Position numbers and translations under genes: made by a program | Assembly: GCA_963709605.1 (NCBI GenBank) | Contig: CAVPWX010000020.1 | Span: 401,337-465,336 of the forward strand | Source of the DNA: an uncultured Chloroflexia bacterium | GTDB taxonomy: Bacteria; Chloroflexota; Limnocylindria; Limnocylindrales; CSP1-4 | Reading direction: 5' to 3' | Length of the DNA: 64,000 bases | Shown: piece by piece, positions 1-9,407 of the stretch | How the letters are laid out: each line of letters begins with the position of its first letter | Position numbering within the stretch: the first letter of the stretch is position 1 | The notes under the pieces: generated by a model | Database searches by the model: none | What the model saw: only the letters and a program-made list of their open reading frames with translations | Told to the model about the DNA's origin: nothing

Positions 1-108
1 CCCGACGACGCATAGCCCGTCCCGGGCGGCCGGCGGCCCGGCGAGGCGGCGGGCCGTCGCGACGCCCGAACCCCGAACCCCGGCCCCCGGGGCCGGAGCG
101 TCCTCCTT

Positions 109-141
109 GCATGACTATGCGAGCGGCGTGTATAGTCATGC
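109..141. promoter_or_regulatory. Candidate ARG box (ArgR operator) upstream of argC. It is a perfect 10-bp inverted repeat, GCATGACTAT-N13-ATAGTCATGC, and the left half is itself TGCAT-N4-ATGC.
   Basis: The palindrome is read directly from the sequence. The TGCAT...ATGCA architecture resembles actinobacterial ARG boxes. It lies about 140-250 nt upstream of the likely argC start. Confidence 0.45.
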
Positions 142-280
142 GCGACATGAGAAGCCCGGCGCTCCGGCTCGACCGGCCCGACCATCCCGCGCCTGCGTCG
201 CCGCCCTCGAGCGGCCCGGCCTGCCCTGCCCGCGCGGCCGTGCCGGCCGCGCGCCCGTGAGCACGACCACCGGGGGATCG

Positions 281-1405
281 GTGCGGGTCGCGCTGGAGCG
301 CCGGGCCGTGCCTCTCCCCCGCGGGCCGCAGGCGGACACGCAGAACGCCCGGATCCGCGTGGCGATCGTCGGGGCCACCGGCTACGTGGGAGCCGAGCTG
401 GTACGCCTGCTGACCCGCCACCCGCACGTAGAGATCGTGGGGCTCGTGGGCCGCGGGCGCAGCCAGGAGCCGATCGGCGGGACCCACATCCACCTCGACC
501 GGACGGGGCTCCACGTCGACGCGACCGTCCCCGACGCCGATGCCGTCTTCCTGGCCCTTCCCCACGGCGCCGCCGCCGAGATCGTGCCGGAGCTCGCCGC
601 GACGGGAGCCGCCATCATCGACCTGGGGCCCGACTTCCGCCTTCGCGATGCCGCCGACTACCCTCGCTGGTACGGCTTCGAGCACCCCCGCCCGGGACTC
701 CTCGCCCGCGCCGTCTACGGGCTGCCGGAGCTCCACCGGGCCGAGCTGGCAGTCCTGCGCGACGAACGGACGGCGATCGTCGGCGCGCCGGGCTGCTACC
801 CGACGGCGACCCTCCTGGCGCTTGCTCCCCTCGCCCGGGCGGGCCTGATCGGCGACCTCGTCGTCGACGCCAAGTCCGGCGTCTCGGGCGCCGGCCGCGA
901 GCCAAAGCAGGACCTCATGTTCGGCGAGGTCAACGAGAGCGTGAAGGCCTACGGCGTGGGCGGCCACCGCCACGTCGCCGAGATGGAGCAGGAGCTGGCG
1001 GCCCTCGCAGTCGCCGGCGGGCACGGCGCGGCCGCCGGCCCGGGTGTCGATGGTGTCGACTTCCTCCCCCACCTGGTCCCGATGACCCGCGGCATCCTGG
1101 CCGCCTGCCACGTCCGGCCGACGCGGCCCGTCGCGCAGCGCGAGCTCGACGCCCTCTACGTCGACGCGTACGAGGGCGAACCGTTCGTCCACCTTGTCAC
1201 CCAGCCTCCGGCGACCAAGCACGTCCTCGGCAGCAACGGCTGCCGGATCCACGTCCGGGCCGACGAGCGGACCGGCCGGGTCCTCGCGATCGGGGTGATC
1301 GACAACCTCGTCAAGGGCGCCGCCGGCCAGGCGGTCCAGGCGTTCAACGTCGTCCACGGCCTGCCCGAGACGGCCGGCCTCGAGCAGCTCCCGCTCGCCC
1401 CGTAG
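281..1405 (+). CDS. argC: N-acetyl-gamma-glutamyl-phosphate reductase
   Basis: The ORF from 107 to 1405 contains VAIVGATGYVGAELVRLL (Rossmann fold) and is ArgC-like throughout. The true start is uncertain: in-frame GTGs at 257, 281 and 359, and the TTG at 107 lies inside the putative operator. Confidence 0.85.
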   Translation: MRVALERRAVPLPRGPQADTQNARIRVAIVGATGYVGAELVRLLTRHPHVEIVGLVGRGRSQEPIGGTHIHLDRTGLHVDATVPDADAVFLALPHGAAAEIVPELAATGAAIIDLGPDFRLRDAADYPRWYGFEHPRPGLLARAVYGLPELHRAELAVLRDERTAIVGAPGCYPTATLLALAPLARAGLIGDLVVDAKSGVSGAGREPKQDLMFGEVNESVKAYGVGGHRHVAEMEQELAALAVAGGHGAAAGPGVDGVDFLPHLVPMTRGILAACHVRPTRPVAQRELDALYVDAYEGEPFVHLVTQPPATKHVLGSNGCRIHVRADERTGRVLAIGVIDNLVKGAAGQAVQAFNVVHGLPETAGLEQLPLAP

Positions 1406-1418
1406 CTGGCGATCGACG

Positions 1419-2843
1419 ATGACGGACGAGCGAACCGCCCCGCCTCCCGTGCCTGCCGCGCCGCTCGACGGCCTCCTCGCGCCGCTCCCCTCCTCCCTTC
1501 CGGAGGTCGTGACCGCGCCCGTCATGCCGGCCGGCTTCGCCGCCGGCGCGACGACCGCCGGCATCAAGGCCAGCGGCCGCGCCGACCTCGCCGTGATCCG
1601 GACCACCGCCGGCCCGGCGTCGGCCGCGGCCGTCTTCACGACGAACCAGGTCGTCGCGGCGCCGGTCCAGGCCTCGCGGGCGAACCTGGCGATCACGCGC
1701 CCCGAGGGCCGGGGTGGCGGGACCGATCATTTCGGGCGCGCCCAGGCCATCGTCGCGACGAGCGGCTGCGCCAACGCCGCGACCGGCCTCGCCGGCCTCG
1801 GCGACCAGGCCGCGATCGCCCACGCGGCGGCGGTTCACCTCGGCGTCGACCCGCACGGGGTCCTGAGCCTCTCGACGGGCATCATCGGGACGCGGCTCCC
1901 GGTGGAGAAGGTCGCCGTCGGGATCGTCAACATCGCCGCCGGCGGCCTCGCGGCCACCGACGCCGGGCTCCTGGCGGTCGCGGAGGCGCTCCGCACGACG
2001 GACACGGTGGCGAAGCTCGCCACCGCGGAGGTGCAGCTCCCGGGCCCCGACGGCGTGCCGGCGACCGTGACCGTCTCGGGCATCGCCAAGGGCGTCGGGA
2101 TGATCCACCCGCGGATGGCGACCATGCTCGCGGTGCTCCTCACCGATGCCGCGGTCAGCCCGGCGACGCTCCACGGGCTGCTCCGCGAGGCCACCGTGCG
2201 GACCTGGAACCAGCTCTCCGTCGACGGCGACACGAGCACCAACGACACGGTCTTTCTGCTCGCCTCGGGCGCTGCGGCGGCGACCCCGGTCCTGCCGGGC
2301 ACCCCCGGGGCGGCGACGCTGGGGGCCGCGATCGTGGCCGTCGCCCGGTCGCTCGCCCGCCAGCAGGCCGCCGACGGCGAGGGCGCGACGACCCTGGTCA
2401 CCTGCCAGGTCTCCGGCGCCCGCGACGACGTGGATGCCCGGGCGGTGGCCCGCGCGGTGATCTCCAGCAGCCTCGTGAAGGCCGCGATCCACGGGCGCGA
2501 CCCCAACTGGGGCCGGATCGCCGGCGCCGCCGGGAACGCCCGCCTCGGCGAGGTCCGCCTCCTCGAGATGGCCGGGCTCGCCCGCGCGGACGCCTGCGCC
2601 CGCGCCGGATCCCCCGCCTACGTCGACCCCGGTCGGATGCGGATGGCGATCGCCGGCCACCTCGTCTCCGACGGCTCGGCCGGTGGCCCGGTCGCCTTCG
2701 ACCGCGCCGCGGTCCGCGCGGCGATGGACGCGCCCGAGGTCCTCGTGCGCCTGGACCTGGGCCTGGGCGACGGGACCGGGGAGGCCTTCGGCTGCGACCT
2801 GACCGAGCAGTACGTGATCGAGAACGCGGAGTACACCACGTGA
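1419..2843 (+). CDS. argJ: Bifunctional glutamate N-acetyltransferase/amino-acid acetyltransferase (ornithine acetyltransferase)
   Basis: ATML autoprocessing motif (MATMLAVLLTDAAV). ArgJ-like throughout, and it follows argC. Confidence 0.9.
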   Translation: MTDERTAPPPVPAAPLDGLLAPLPSSLPEVVTAPVMPAGFAAGATTAGIKASGRADLAVIRTTAGPASAAAVFTTNQVVAAPVQASRANLAITRPEGRGGGTDHFGRAQAIVATSGCANAATGLAGLGDQAAIAHAAAVHLGVDPHGVLSLSTGIIGTRLPVEKVAVGIVNIAAGGLAATDAGLLAVAEALRTTDTVAKLATAEVQLPGPDGVPATVTVSGIAKGVGMIHPRMATMLAVLLTDAAVSPATLHGLLREATVRTWNQLSVDGDTSTNDTVFLLASGAAAATPVLPGTPGAATLGAAIVAVARSLARQQAADGEGATTLVTCQVSGARDDVDARAVARAVISSSLVKAAIHGRDPNWGRIAGAAGNARLGEVRLLEMAGLARADACARAGSPAYVDPGRMRMAIAGHLVSDGSAGGPVAFDRAAVRAAMDAPEVLVRLDLGLGDGTGEAFGCDLTEQYVIENAEYTT

Positions 2844-3628
2844 GCGAGATCCTCGTCCTCAAGCTCGGCGGGACGACCCTCGCCGAGCAGCAGCAGGTGC
2901 TGGCGGAGGTGGCCGTGGTCGCCCGCCGCCGCCCCGTCGTGATCGTCCACGGCGGCGGCAAGCGGATGACCGAGTGGCTCGACCGGCTCGGCGTCCCCAC
3001 CCGTTTCGAGGGCGGGCTGCGCGTCACCGACGGGCAGGCGATCGAGGTCGCGGCAGCCGTCCTGCGCGGGGTGGTCAACTCCGAGCTCGTGGCGGCCCTG
3101 CGGGACCTGGGCGTCGACGCAGTGGGCCTCTCGGGCGTGGACGGCGGGCTGCTCATCGCCGAGCGCGTGCCCGGGATGGGCCTCGTCGCCCACGTCGTCG
3201 GCATCAAGCGCGACCTGCTCGACGCGATCCTGGTGACCGGCCAGGTGCCGGTGGTGGCGCCGCTCGCCCGCGACGAGGGCGGGATCGTCTGCAACGTCAA
3301 CGCCGACGATGCCGCTGGGGGTCTCGCCGCCGGCCTGGGCGCGCGCCAGCTCGTCCTGATGACCGATGTCGACGGGATCCGCGGCGCGGACGGGACGAAG
3401 GTCGCGACGCTCACCGCCGCCCGGGCCGAGGCCCTGATCGCGGACGGGACGATCTCCGGCGGCATGGTCCCCAAGATCCGGGCGGCCCTCGCGGGGATCA
3501 CCGGCCCGGGGGCCGAGGCGATCATCTGCGACGCGGCGGCGCCCGGGGCGCTCGCGCGGGCCCTCGGCGATGCGGCCTTCGGCACGCGGGTCACGGCCGG
3601 CCGAGACGCCACCGGAGGGCCGGCATGA
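2840..3628 (+). CDS. argB: Acetylglutamate kinase
   Basis: N-terminus LVLKLGGTTL and the amino-acid kinase fold. The start overlaps the argJ stop. Confidence 0.9.
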   Translation: MSEILVLKLGGTTLAEQQQVLAEVAVVARRRPVVIVHGGGKRMTEWLDRLGVPTRFEGGLRVTDGQAIEVAAAVLRGVVNSELVAALRDLGVDAVGLSGVDGGLLIAERVPGMGLVAHVVGIKRDLLDAILVTGQVPVVAPLARDEGGIVCNVNADDAAGGLAAGLGARQLVLMTDVDGIRGADGTKVATLTAARAEALIADGTISGGMVPKIRAALAGITGPGAEAIICDAAAPGALARALGDAAFGTRVTAGRDATGGPA

Positions 3629-4248
3629 GCACCCCGCCGTCCGCGGGGACCCGCGCGCCCTCCCGCCGGGTCGGCGCCGGGGGGACCCACCGCGCCGCAC
3701 GCCGCCTGGCGATCCTGGACCTGGTGGCCGCCCGGTCGATCGGCAGCCAGGAGGAGCTCGCCGGGCTCCTCCGCGAGCGCGGCTTCGCCGTCACCCAGGC
3801 CACGGTGAGCCGCGACATCGCCGACCTGGGGCTCGTGAAGGCGGCGCGGGGCGACCACCACGCGTACGTCACGCCGCAGGCTCTCACCGGGGCACCGGAG
3901 GCAGCACGCCTGCGAGAGTCCGGGGCGACGACCGAGCCGGCCCGGGAGCTCCCCGACCCCGGCGAGACCCGGCTGCGGCGGATTCTCGCCGACTATCCCG
4001 TCGCCATCGCCCGCAGCGGCCTGACCCTGGTCCTCGTCAGCCGCCCCGGGGCCGCATCGGCGATCGCCCAGGCGATCGACGAGTCGAGCCTCGACGACCA
4101 GGTCGGCACGCTCGCGGGAGACAACACGCTCCTGGTCCTCTTCGCCGACGAGCCCGCCCTGGAGCGCTGGCGGGCCCGCTTCGATGCCCTCGCAGCCCAG
4201 GCGGCCGCCGGCCTGCCAGGGGCCGATCTCACCAGCACGTACCCCTAG
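3625..4248 (+). CDS. argR: Arginine repressor
   Basis: ATG at 3625 overlaps the argB stop (ATGA). It has a winged-helix N-terminus (QEELAGLLRERGFAVTQATVSRDIADLGL) and a C-terminal oligomerisation domain. Confidence 0.8.
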   Translation: MSTPPSAGTRAPSRRVGAGGTHRAARRLAILDLVAARSIGSQEELAGLLRERGFAVTQATVSRDIADLGLVKAARGDHHAYVTPQALTGAPEAARLRESGATTEPARELPDPGETRLRRILADYPVAIARSGLTLVLVSRPGAASAIAQAIDESSLDDQVGTLAGDNTLLVLFADEPALERWRARFDALAAQAAAGLPGADLTSTYP

Positions 4249-4274
4249 GTCCCAGAACGGAGGCAGGCTCAGCC

Positions 4275-5567
4275 ATGAAGAAGAAGGTCGTTCTCGCCTA
4301 CTCGGGCGGTCTCGACACCTCGGTCGCGGTCGCCTGGCTGCGCGAGCAGCACGACGCGGAGGTCGTGACCCTCACCGTCGACGTCGGGGGGACCTCCCTC
4401 CGCGAGGGCGTCGAGCGACGCGCCATCTCAGCCGGCGCCTCCCGGGCCTACGTCGTGGACGCGAAGGAGACCTTCGTCCGCGACTTCTGCTGGCCCGCCC
4501 TCCAGGCGAACGCCCTCTACCAGGGCGCCTATCCCCTGGCCACCGCCCTCGCCCGCCCCCTCATCGCCCAGCTCCTCGTGGAGGTCGCCCAGAAGGAGGG
4601 CGCCGACGCGGTCGCGCACGGCTGCACCGGCAAGGGCAACGACCAGGTCCGCTTCGACGTCGCCGTCCACGCCCTCGACCCGGGGCTGACAGTGATCGCC
4701 CCGATGCGGGTCGGGATGGGCCTGACGCGCGACCAGTCGATCGACTACGCCGCGGCGCGGGGGATCGAGATCCCGATCACGAAGTCCTCGCCGTACTCCA
4801 TCGACGTCAACATGTGGGGCCGCTCCTGCGAGACCGGCGTCCTCGAGGACCCATGGGTGGCCCCGCCGGCCGACGCCTTCGCCTGGACGGTCGCTCCGGC
4901 CGACGCCCCGCCGGCGGTCGAGATCGTCATCGGCTTCGAGGGCGGGATCCCCGTCTCCATCGACGGGGAGCGCCTCGGCCCGGTGGCCCTCGTGGAGCGC
5001 CTCAACGCCCTCGGCGGAGCGCACGGCGTGGGACGGATCGACCACGTCGAGGACCGCCTCGTCGGGATCAAGAGCCGCGAGATCTACGAGGCGCCGGCGG
5101 CGGTCATCCTGCACGCCGCGCACACGGCGCTGGAGGGGCTCGTGCTGTCCAAGGACACCCTCCGCTTCAACCGCGTCGTGGCCCACGAGATCGCCCAGCT
5201 CACCTACGACGGGCTCTGGTTCAGCGCCCTCCACCGCGACCTGCGCGGCTATGTCGCCAGCTCCGACCGGACCGTCTCCGGCGAGATCCGCGTCCGCCTG
5301 GATCACGGCTCCGCGACGGTGAACGGGCGGCGCTCGCCGCTCTCGCTCTACGACAAGAGCCTGGCGACGTACGACGAGGGCGACGCCTTCGACCACGCGA
5401 GCGCGGTCGGGTTCATCGAGATCTTCGGGCTTCCGCTCCGCGTGGAGGCGGCCCGCCACGGCGCGGTCGGCGCGCACCACGGCGCGGCCTGGACGTGGAC
5501 CGATCCCCTCCTCCCCGACCTCCCGGCGACGGTGACCGACCCGGCGCCGGCGGGATCGGCCGGCTGA
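4275..5567 (+). CDS. argG: Argininosuccinate synthase
   Basis: MKKKVVLAYSGGLDTSVAVAWL PP-loop motif. RBS GGAGGCAGG upstream of the ATG at 4275. Confidence 0.9.
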   Translation: MKKKVVLAYSGGLDTSVAVAWLREQHDAEVVTLTVDVGGTSLREGVERRAISAGASRAYVVDAKETFVRDFCWPALQANALYQGAYPLATALARPLIAQLLVEVAQKEGADAVAHGCTGKGNDQVRFDVAVHALDPGLTVIAPMRVGMGLTRDQSIDYAAARGIEIPITKSSPYSIDVNMWGRSCETGVLEDPWVAPPADAFAWTVAPADAPPAVEIVIGFEGGIPVSIDGERLGPVALVERLNALGGAHGVGRIDHVEDRLVGIKSREIYEAPAAVILHAAHTALEGLVLSKDTLRFNRVVAHEIAQLTYDGLWFSALHRDLRGYVASSDRTVSGEIRVRLDHGSATVNGRRSPLSLYDKSLATYDEGDAFDHASAVGFIEIFGLPLRVEAARHGAVGAHHGAAWTWTDPLLPDLPATVTDPAPAGSAG

Positions 5568-5650
5568 GCGTTGCGGGCGCCACCCCTCCGCGGACGCCCG
5601 CCACCACCGGGACGGGCGCCCGCCGCCCGATCGCGCGACAATCGCCGGCA

Positions 5651-7012
5651 ATGACGAACCTCGGTCGCATCCCGCGCCCCCGGTCGCCGGCCGTCGGGCC
5701 CCCGGCCGCACCCGCCACGCCCGGCGGCGAGAAGCCCACGGCGCACCCGGCAGCCGGGGCCGAGATGCTCACGCCGGACGCCGACATGCTGCGAACCCTG
5801 CGCGAGCTGTCCTTCCTCCACGAGTTCGCCCAGCTGGCCACGCAGGCGCGCGACTGGGACGAGCTGATGCACACCGTCGTCGACCGGACGCGGGAAGCGC
5901 TCCACGTCGAGGTCTGCTCGTTCTACGTTCTCGAACATGCCACCGACCGGCTCACGCTCGCGGCCACCAACGGCCTCGACCGGGAGCACATCGGCAAGGT
6001 GAGCCTCGCCCTCGGCGAGGGGGTCACCGGCGCGGCCGCGGCCGCCCGGCGGCCGATCGAGATCCCCGACGTCCGGCTCGACCCGCGGTTCAAGTACCTG
6101 CGCGGCTTCGACCTCGCGGGGCTCACCTCGATGCTGTCGGTGCCGCTCACATGGAACGACCTCGTCGTCGGCGTCCTGAACGTCCAGACCGTGGCGACCC
6201 GGCGGTTCACGCCGCGCGAGGTCAACTTCCTGGTGACGATCGCGGCGCTGCTGGCCGGCATCGTCGAGAAGGGGCATCTCCAGCAGGCGCAGGAGCAGCA
6301 GCTGCAGGCCCTGCAGGAGCTCGACGAGGCCCGCGCGGATCTCCTCTCCCTCGTGACCCACGAGCTGCGGACGCCGCTGTCGGTCGTGCGCGCCTACATC
6401 GACCTCCTGGCCGACGCCGCCGAGGGCGTCGGCGACGCGCCCGCCCGCGCGAGCTCCGGGGACTGGCGGAACGCCGCCGTCGACCAGATCAGCCGTCTCG
6501 ACCGCCTCGTCGATTCCATCCTCGTGTCCGTCCGCGGCGAGGGGCTGGCGGCCCTGGCCCGCACCCCGTTCGACGTCGGCGGCGCCGTTGCCGAGACGAT
6601 CGAGGTCCTGCGCCCGCTCCTGCGCAACCACGACCTCCGCCTGGGAGCCACCGACCCCGGGCTCACGGGGCTCGGCGACGAAGCGCGCTTCCGGCAGGTC
6701 ATGGAGCAGCTCCTGGAGAACGAGGCGAGGTACGCTCCGCGCGGCTGGGGCGTCTCGGTGGGAGCGTGGCGCCAGGCCGGCGAGATCCGGGTCTACGTGA
6801 CCGACGACGGTCCCGGGGTCCCCATCGAGGAGTGGGAGACGGTCTTCGAGGCGTTCGTGCGCAAGGCGCGCCGCCGCGGCCGCGGCTCCGGCATCGGCCT
6901 GTATGCCGCGCGCCGGCTGATGGACGCCATGGGCGGCCGCGTCTGGATCGAGGGAAACGGGTTCGGCGGCAGCCGCTTCGTGGTGGCCCTGCCGGAGGCC
7001 GCCGAGGCATGA
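5651..7012 (+). CDS. Soluble GAF-domain sensor histidine kinase (GAF-HisKA-HATPase_c). No transmembrane segment is evident.
   Basis: GAF region (ALHVEVCSFYVLEH...), HisKA H-box (LVTHELRTPLSVV) and a C-terminal ATPase with G-boxes. An alternative start is the ATG at 5765. Confidence 0.75.
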   Translation: MTNLGRIPRPRSPAVGPPAAPATPGGEKPTAHPAAGAEMLTPDADMLRTLRELSFLHEFAQLATQARDWDELMHTVVDRTREALHVEVCSFYVLEHATDRLTLAATNGLDREHIGKVSLALGEGVTGAAAAARRPIEIPDVRLDPRFKYLRGFDLAGLTSMLSVPLTWNDLVVGVLNVQTVATRRFTPREVNFLVTIAALLAGIVEKGHLQQAQEQQLQALQELDEARADLLSLVTHELRTPLSVVRAYIDLLADAAEGVGDAPARASSGDWRNAAVDQISRLDRLVDSILVSVRGEGLAALARTPFDVGGAVAETIEVLRPLLRNHDLRLGATDPGLTGLGDEARFRQVMEQLLENEARYAPRGWGVSVGAWRQAGEIRVYVTDDGPGVPIEEWETVFEAFVRKARRRGRGSGIGLYAARRLMDAMGGRVWIEGNGFGGSRFVVALPEAAEA

Positions 7013-7037
7013 TGGACGGAGTGGAGGTGCGCGCGCG

Positions 7038-7742
7038 ATGACCATGCCCCAGGCATCCGCCGGGCTGCGAATCCTCGTGGTGGACGACGAGCCGGCGATG
7101 GTCGGAGCGATCACGGCCCTGGTCGGGACCGCCGGCCACCAGGTGATCACCGCCTACGACGGCGATACCGCCCTCCGCCGCTTCGAGGAGGAGGCGCCGG
7201 ACCTCGTCCTCCTCGACCTGGCCATGCCCGGCCGGGACGGCGTCGACGTCTGCCGCGAGATCCGCAGGACGAGCCGGACGCCGGTCATCGTGCTCACGGG
7301 CGAGGCCGACGAGCTGGCCAAGGTGGAGGCTCTCGACGCCGGCGCCGACGACTACGTGACCAAGCCGTTCGGCAAGCAGGAGCTCCTCGCCCGGATCCGG
7401 GCGGTGATGCGCCGCCTCGAAGGAGGCGATGCACCCGCAGGGGGGCTGCGCGTGGGGGCCCTGGTCCTCGACACCGGCCGCCACGAGGCCGTCGTGGATG
7501 GGCGCGTCCTGGCCCTGACCCGCACCGAGTTCGCGCTGCTCGCGTCGCTGGCGGCCGCGCGCGGGCGGGTCGTGCCGCACGATCGCCTGCTCGCGGCCGG
7601 CTGGCCCAACGATCCCGACCCGGACCCGCAGTGGCTGAAGCCCCACCTGGCCCGCCTCCGGGCGAAGCTCGAGGAGGCCGGCGCACCGCTCCCGACGAGC
7701 GTGCGCGGCGTGGGCTACCGGCTGGAGGCCTCTGGGGAGTAG
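7038..7742 (+). CDS. OmpR-family response regulator
   Basis: Receiver domain (LRILVVDDEP...LVLLDLAMPG) followed by a winged-helix trans_reg_C domain. Paired with the upstream kinase. Confidence 0.85.
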   Translation: MTMPQASAGLRILVVDDEPAMVGAITALVGTAGHQVITAYDGDTALRRFEEEAPDLVLLDLAMPGRDGVDVCREIRRTSRTPVIVLTGEADELAKVEALDAGADDYVTKPFGKQELLARIRAVMRRLEGGDAPAGGLRVGALVLDTGRHEAVVDGRVLALTRTEFALLASLAAARGRVVPHDRLLAAGWPNDPDPDPQWLKPHLARLRAKLEEAGAPLPTSVRGVGYRLEASGE

Positions 7743-7748
7743 CGGACC

Positions 7749-7787
7749 TTGCGTGATTGCGCAATGACGCAACTCCGCTGCTACAAT
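7749..7787. promoter_or_regulatory. Near-perfect 24-bp palindrome, TTGCGTGATTGCGCAATGACGCAA, followed by a TACAAT -10-like hexamer.
   Basis: 22 of 24 positions are self-complementary. It sits in the intergenic region between the response regulator and the downstream membrane protein. This is one of the few AT-richer spots in the area. Confidence 0.35.
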
Positions 7788-7865
7788 CCGGCTGCCGCGA
7801 CAGGAGGGCCGCGCCCCTCACCTGGCCGGCGACGCGAGCCCACCCGGGAGCACACATGAGCGAGG

Positions 7866-8447
7866 TTGCCCGATGATCAACCAGGGGGAGACCGTGCGGC
7901 CCGGCCCGCCGGGGCGCCAGTGACCGCGCCGCTCCTCCGGCGCCTCCCCTGGCTCGCCGACCGACGGTATCTCGCCTGGTCGACCGCCGGGAGCGTCGTC
8001 GGCCTCGTTGCCTTGGGCCTCTCCAGCGCGATCATCCCGAACCCTCTGTTCGGCCGCCAGATCCCGCCCGAGCCGTTCGCAATCGCCGTCTGGCTCTCCT
8101 CCGCGATCCTGATGGGCCTCCTCGCCGGGACCTATCTCGCGCCGCCGCCCGCGGCCGTGATGGACCCGCCCGACCCGGGCCGCGCCGTGGCCGCGACGGG
8201 GGGCGACCCCGGCCCCGAGCGCCGCACGTCGGCCCTCGGCTACGCCGGCGGGCTTGCGGCATTCCTGGCGATCGGCTGCCCCGTCTGCAACAAGATCGTC
8301 CTGGTCCTCCTCGGGACGAGCGGCGCCCTCGCGGTCTGGGCTCCCCTCCAGCCGCTGATCGGGATCGCCTCGCTGGCGCTGCTCGGGGCCACGCTTGCCT
8401 GGCGGCTCCGGATGCGGGCCCGCGGCAACGCCTGCCCGGTCGGCTGA
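7866..8447 (+). CDS. Hypothetical membrane protein with an intramembrane CPVC motif
   Basis: Several hydrophobic helices and an IGCPVCNKIVLVLLG motif. The start may be the GTG at 7920. Confidence 0.45.
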   Translation: MPDDQPGGDRAARPAGAPVTAPLLRRLPWLADRRYLAWSTAGSVVGLVALGLSSAIIPNPLFGRQIPPEPFAIAVWLSSAILMGLLAGTYLAPPPAAVMDPPDPGRAVAATGGDPGPERRTSALGYAGGLAAFLAIGCPVCNKIVLVLLGTSGALAVWAPLQPLIGIASLALLGATLAWRLRMRARGNACPVG

Positions 8448-8462
8448 CCCGGGGTCCGCGGG

Positions 8463-9353
8463 TCAGCGGCCCTCGAGCGCGCCGGCGATCGCGGCGACGT
8501 GGGCCGCCGTTGTGCCGCAGCATCCCCCCACGACCGAGGCGCCGAGCTCCACCGCCCGCCGGGCGTAGACGGCCGCGTCGGCCGGCGTGGCCGGGTAGGT
8601 CACCGCTCCGCCGGGGCCCACCACCGGGCGGCCGGCGTTCGCCTTCGCGACGAGGGGGAGCCCGGGCGCCCCCGCCCGGAGCCCGGGGAGGACGTCGAGG
8701 ACCGCCTCGAACCCGGTTCCGCAGTTCGCCCCGGCGGCGGCGACCCCGAGGCCGGCGAGCGCCTCGGCGACGGCTTCCGGCCTGTCGCCGAAGAGCGTCC
8801 GGCCGCGCTCGAAGGTGAGGGTGGCGACGATCGGCAGGCCGGGTGCGGCCTCACGGGCCCCCTCCACGGCCGCCCGGGCCTCGGCGAGGTCGGCCATGGT
8901 CTCGACCCACAGCACGTCGACGCCGGCAGCGAGGAGCGCCGCCGCCTGGGCCGCGAAGGCCTCCCGCGCGGCGCCCGGGTCCAGCTCGCCGTAGGGAGCC
9001 AGCAACGCGCCGGTCGGGCCGATCGAGCCGGCGACGACGACGTCCCCGCCGGCGGCCGCCCGGGCGACGGCGGCGGCGGCCCGGCAGACCTCGGCCGTCC
9101 GTCCCGCGGCCGGCCCGTCGGCGAGCCGCAGCGGGTTGGCCCCGAAGGTGCAGGTGAGGACGACGCGGGCGCCGGCCGTGACGTGGCCGGCGTGGACACC
9201 CGCCACGGCCGCCTTCCCCGCGTCGGTCAGCAGCCATGCCTCGGGCGCCAGGCCCGACGGCAGGCCGGCAGCGATGAGCGCCGTGCCCATCGCCCCGTCG
9301 GCGGCGACCGGGCCGGCGGCCAGGAGGTCCGCGAAGCGCGACGCGTCACCCAC
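8463..9353 (-). CDS. Homocysteine S-methyltransferase (homocysteine-binding domain) family protein
   Basis: GANCGTG and GGCCGTTAAHVAAI motifs are typical of the Pfam S-methyl_trans family (MmuM, and the MetH N-terminus). Confidence 0.65.
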   Translation of the reverse strand: MGDASRFADLLAAGPVAADGAMGTALIAAGLPSGLAPEAWLLTDAGKAAVAGVHAGHVTAGARVVLTCTFGANPLRLADGPAAGRTAEVCRAAAAVARAAAGGDVVVAGSIGPTGALLAPYGELDPGAAREAFAAQAAALLAAGVDVLWVETMADLAEARAAVEGAREAAPGLPIVATLTFERGRTLFGDRPEAVAEALAGLGVAAAGANCGTGFEAVLDVLPGLRAGAPGLPLVAKANAGRPVVGPGGAVTYPATPADAAVYARRAVELGASVVGGCCGTTAAHVAAIAGALEGR

Positions 9354-9407
9354 GGGCGCTGTCCTGCCGCGGGGGACGGGGCGGTGACGACGCGACCGGC
9401 CCGCGGC

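Noticed and set aside
4184-7012. A 942-aa ORF overlapping argG and the histidine kinase
   Set aside because: The first 1.4 kb is an alternative frame of argG. The real histidine kinase begins around 5651 or 5765.
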